64,000 nt of DNA, taken from the NCBI RefSeq assembly GCF_009914755.1, contig NC_060934.1, one strand, 5' to 3'. This DNA is from the human T2T-CHM13v2.0 reference genome, Homo sapiens. The number at the start of each line of letters is the position of its first letter. Position 1 is the first letter of the stretch. This document shows positions 58,781 to 64,000 of this stretch, piece by piece. The notes beneath the pieces are model-generated. The model was given only the letters and a program-made list of their open reading frames with translations. It was not told where the DNA came from and did not search any database. Made by a program: the position numbers and the translations under genes.

Positions 58781-61700
58781 TAGTGTTTTTGTTTGGGGTC
58801 ACTAATGGTTAAGTGTATTCAAGGGAGCTAACATATCAAGTGCTTCATATGCGGTAGTTATTAGGTGGAGGTGAATAAAAGAGTCCTCTGGGGTAGTAAA
58901 GATCCCTGTATAAAAACCTCCTTGCCAGCCTCAGCTTAATTATTGTTGCAATTTTATGCTTTTATCACTAGATTTCAAGCATTTTGAGACTGGGTACTGT
59001 GTATTCTATTACCTAAATGAGTGCAAGATTCAAATTTTGTGCAAATATAGCCTTCCCCCAAAACATAGTGGAGTTGAAGTGATTAAAAAACAACTATTAA
59101 ATAAATAACTTATTTCCAAGAAACATGAAAGATTACTCTCAATATGTTTTCTTATCTAAAACGTTTGACAGTGTCACCTGATTCAGGTCTGAACTAGATC
59201 CAGAACTTAATTTTTGACTGTCAGATAATTTGTTAGTTCTCTTGGCCAAAAATATTTTTACTGGATGTGAAAAATTTTTAGTTAATAGCTAGGTCTGGCT
59301 GGTTAGTTAATTCCCTTAAGTAAAGCATAGTAATTTTGTCAAGGTCAAAAGCTTTATTCTCTGACTAGTTATATTTCTTATGAGCTATTATTGAACTATA
59401 TATATCAGCAAATCTCATTAGGTACAAGTGCTACAGGATGAGTTTGGGGGTCACTAGTTCAAATTCATCACCACTGCAGTAAACCCATCAGACAGTTCAA
59501 GTATCAGTCTGAATTTCAGATACAGTGGCTAGTATTATGGATTATGGGAAGTCCTTTTAGATTTCAATGGGAACTTTATTAATAACTTATATTTTCATTA
59601 ATACAGTTTCTTTCTTGACCCACCCATTACCTTCAACCTTCATTGTTTTTTAATTATATTTGAAAAATATAATATTAAATATACTGGTGTTCAGATCTTA
59701 CATTTGGTCATATCATGTGTTTCCCGAACTTGATAAGCTTTTGTTGAGGCGTTTATTTTTATAAAATACCTAGACCCCCTCTCCCTAAAATTTTGATTCA
59801 GTGATTTGTGATGGAGCCTGGGAATTTGTATTTTTAAACAAATATCTCAGGTCACGTATTTTCTTTTTTCGTTTTTATCATTAGAAAAGTTTACTTTTTA
59901 TTTCTTTCCAAGTTTTCTTACCTTTTAATAGGGGTAATCTTGTTCTATCCTCTGTACTTAATATATGTGATTTTACACCTTATATATTTCATTTGATCCT
60001 TATATAGGAGGTGTCCTTCTAAATTTAGGGTATACATATCTTGCTAAATAGAAATTTGATTTCCAGAAACTTGATATAATGACATTTCTTAAATACAAAT
60101 TGATAAGCAATGCCTGTAACCCTTTAGCTATGCATATTTCCCATTATTCAGTTGTATGGTTTTAGTAAATGTACTTTCATATTGGCTTATCAGCATTATT
60201 TTCTGAATCAGTATCTCTAGAGTTTTTCTTAGTCTCTCTCCATCGCAGTGCAAAATAATTTTTTTCTTTTTTTTTGAAAGGGTTGAATAGTAATAGATAG
60301 AGCTCTCCTGGTGTGCTAGCAAATAATGATGTATTTGTTTAATTGTAGAATCTTATATACCAGTAAAGTTCATACTGTGCAGTTTCAAATTTACAGATTA
60401 TTCATCCTCTACCCCAGTTCCTGTTATTTCTGCACATTTGACCATTTGCTTCAGCAAAGTGACACATTTTCAGTGTCCCGTGCAAACTAAGCTCCACTCC
60501 CTATTCTAGGCAAAACTTTCTTTTTCATGCCACCCACCTGTAATGCTTTGCCATCTCTCCTTTACTTGCTTGAACACAACCCATTAATCCAGGACTAGTT
60601 AGCCTAAGTCCTGTATGCTTTTCTCAACCATTCTCACTGTTACAAATTTTCTCAAAAGTGCTATAGCATATGCCACTTGCCTGAGGATTTAATAATATGC
60701 TGTCTTATCAATTACTTGTTATATGTGAGTGTTTTGGCTGTCTAATTAAACTACAAGCTTGTATACAGAGAGGTTCACATCCTATAAAAATAAATTATTA
60801 GCAGAATCCTTAGCACTTAACATTATCACATCCTTTTGGTAGTCTGACAAAATTCTAATAACTGTTTTAACCTCTTAAGCTAGTCAGGTAAGAAGTTATT
60901 TTATCTTTAATCCCTAGTACCAAATAATTACCAGTTAGTTAAATAGAGTTAACAATAGAGTCATAAAATAAGAATTACTAATTTTAAATTTCAAAATGTT
61001 TAGGGAGGACTGATTCCTTCCATAAATATTTTACTAATCTTTTTGTCCTTTGCCAATCTTTTCGGCCTGTCATTTTACCAGCAGACTTTTTCTGCTTTTA
61101 AGAACCCTGTGCCATTGATCTTTCTTTTTCAGTCCCTAGAATATACACATCATTGGACATTGCCCTTTGTCACTGGTTTTCAAAGGTGATCCTCAGGTCT
61201 ACCTCCATCAGAATCATGTAGAGTGCTTATTAAAGTACAGATTATTAATGCCCCTTTCCCTGAACTGTGCTGTTTTTCATACATATTTCACTTTGTTCTT
61301 TTTTTTTCTTTTGCCAGACTGCTCTCTCTTCTATCGTCACCACCACTGAAATCCTTTCTGTTATCTAAAGCTATCCGCCAATTAATTGTAGCTAGAACTG
61401 TTTTAGTGTAGTGGGTTAGGAACATAGGCTGTGAGCACATACTACCTAATTTGGAATATTGGCTCCATCATGTTTCCAAGATCTCAGAGTTAGTTACTTA
61501 AAAATATTTCTGTGCTTTAGTGTTTCTTTGTATAAAATGGGGATAACAATGTATCTCATAGGGCTGTTGTATGTGTTATATTAATACATGTGAATTCCTC
61601 AGAATAATGCTAGTACATAGAAAGCACTTAATAAATATTAAGCTTATTGTTGTGGTTTCTTCCACTTTTTAGGTCTTATAAAATTTTCTAGTAAAGTAAC

Positions 61701-61921
61701 TTACATTCATACATCTTCCTATTAGATTGCAAGTTTCTTGAAGGTAGAGCCAGCCTTATTAAGCTGTGTAGTTTTAAATGGATTTTTACCTATAAAGGAT
61801 GTTCATAAATATTTGAGAATGAAATCATAGGAAAATGGCAAACTCTAATAAGATTGTTTTTCAGAGCCTATTTAATATAAATTATCTAAAGTAATTTAAT
61901 ACTGTCTATATTATATTTCAG

Positions 61922-62905
<984 letters not shown>

Positions 62906-64000
62906 TAATTTTGAGTGCTTTCTCATATCAAAAAATGCCTGATACTTGCCTAAAAACAGCTTATTTCTAAATTACAACTTTTTTATGGTTTACTTTATTC
63001 CATTTTCAGCACTGTTAATAGTACATGGCTTGAAATTGTTTCATAGACTTAAAAAGTGAGTTAGAAAATAGATGTAATTAGATCTTTCCCACACAAACCT
63101 AATCTTTAACTTTCATTGGAGAATAAGTAAATTTAAAGAAGAAAAGATGTTTGCCTAATTTTCAAGTTGTTGCTGTGTTTAAAGTATCTGTTGATACAAT
63201 TTTATTAGATATATGAAAACTACATTTTCTCATTCTCTGACTTTTCCACCTTTATCTGAAAGATGTTTAAATTCACATCACTTTCTACCTAATTTACCAC
63301 AAAAGGTTGACAAATCAGAGCCTTACAAAAGAGCAGTGTCATAAGAAATAGAAAAAAAATTTTTTTTTGCATCTTGAAAGTACTTACATGTTTATTAAAA
63401 ATAACACAAGAATTTAGAAGGGTAGAAGAAACGTCACCTGTAGTGAATGCAGCACTGTTACCATTTTGCTAATTTTCATTCCAGTCTTTCACATAAAGCT
63501 AACTTGTACTAAAACAAAGAAAATGTTTTTTAAAGGCTGGTAGTAGGAGAAAAAAATAGGGAATATAAACGCGTGAACATGTCAGTAAAAAATTAAAAAT
63601 TAGTTCTGGCATTTTTAATTATGGAAAAACATTCTGAAACATTTGGAATATAGTAATCCATTGACATCAGTTTTGAAAAATTGATAAAGGTATTGCCTCT
63701 GTGGGCCCTTTTTATAAGATTTGTAAAAATTGTCATAAGAAGTTGATTATGAAGCTTTTTAAAGGATGTTTTCTTTTTGTATTAAAGGCAATTTATTCTG
63801 AGAAAAATAAAGATTATATTTTTGTTGCTTTCAGCATTGGTCTTATAATGAGTGATAAACTTTCTGATTTTTAGGTTTTGCAGCTTTTCAAAGATATGAT
63901 ATTCTGTGGGTGTTTTAATATTTTGTTTAGCTTTGAAAAAAGATGTGGTTTAAATTTTAGGTATGACTTGTTACATTTAACTCTTAACTAGACAATCCAA

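Overview
Human genomic DNA, recognised from the encoded proteins as the BBIP1/SHOC2 locus (from memory, chr10q25.2). A CpG-island bidirectional promoter at ~16.3-18.2 kb drives BBIP1 (BBSome subunit BBIP10/BBS18, minus strand) and SHOC2 (LRR scaffold of the SHOC2-MRAS-PP1C complex, plus strand). For BBIP1 the window holds the first coding exon (15900-15992) and a frameshifting 157-nt cassette exon (5464-5620); its remaining exons lie left of the window. For SHOC2 it holds non-coding exon 1, a ~44.5-kb intron 1 and the 937-nt exon 2 (61922-62858, codons 1-235). Intron 1 contains an RPL13A retrocopy with an intact ORF, many Alus, old L1/L2, a MaLR LTR and DNA-transposon relics. Main observations: (1) the SHOC2 leader has ten uAUGs, including a strong-context uORF that spans the intron and ends in an overlapping TAATG stop-start; (2) a 31-bp hairpin in a BBIP1 intron is fully paired, through G-U wobbles, only on the BBIP1 sense strand; (3) an ~850-bp poly(A)-tailed, TSD-flanked insertion of unidentified sequence splits an old L1; (4) an RFX X-box lies at the BBIP1 5' end. 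No wholly new gene system could be supported. Repeat boundaries and subfamilies are by-eye estimates, and gene identities come from recalled protein sequences, not a database search.
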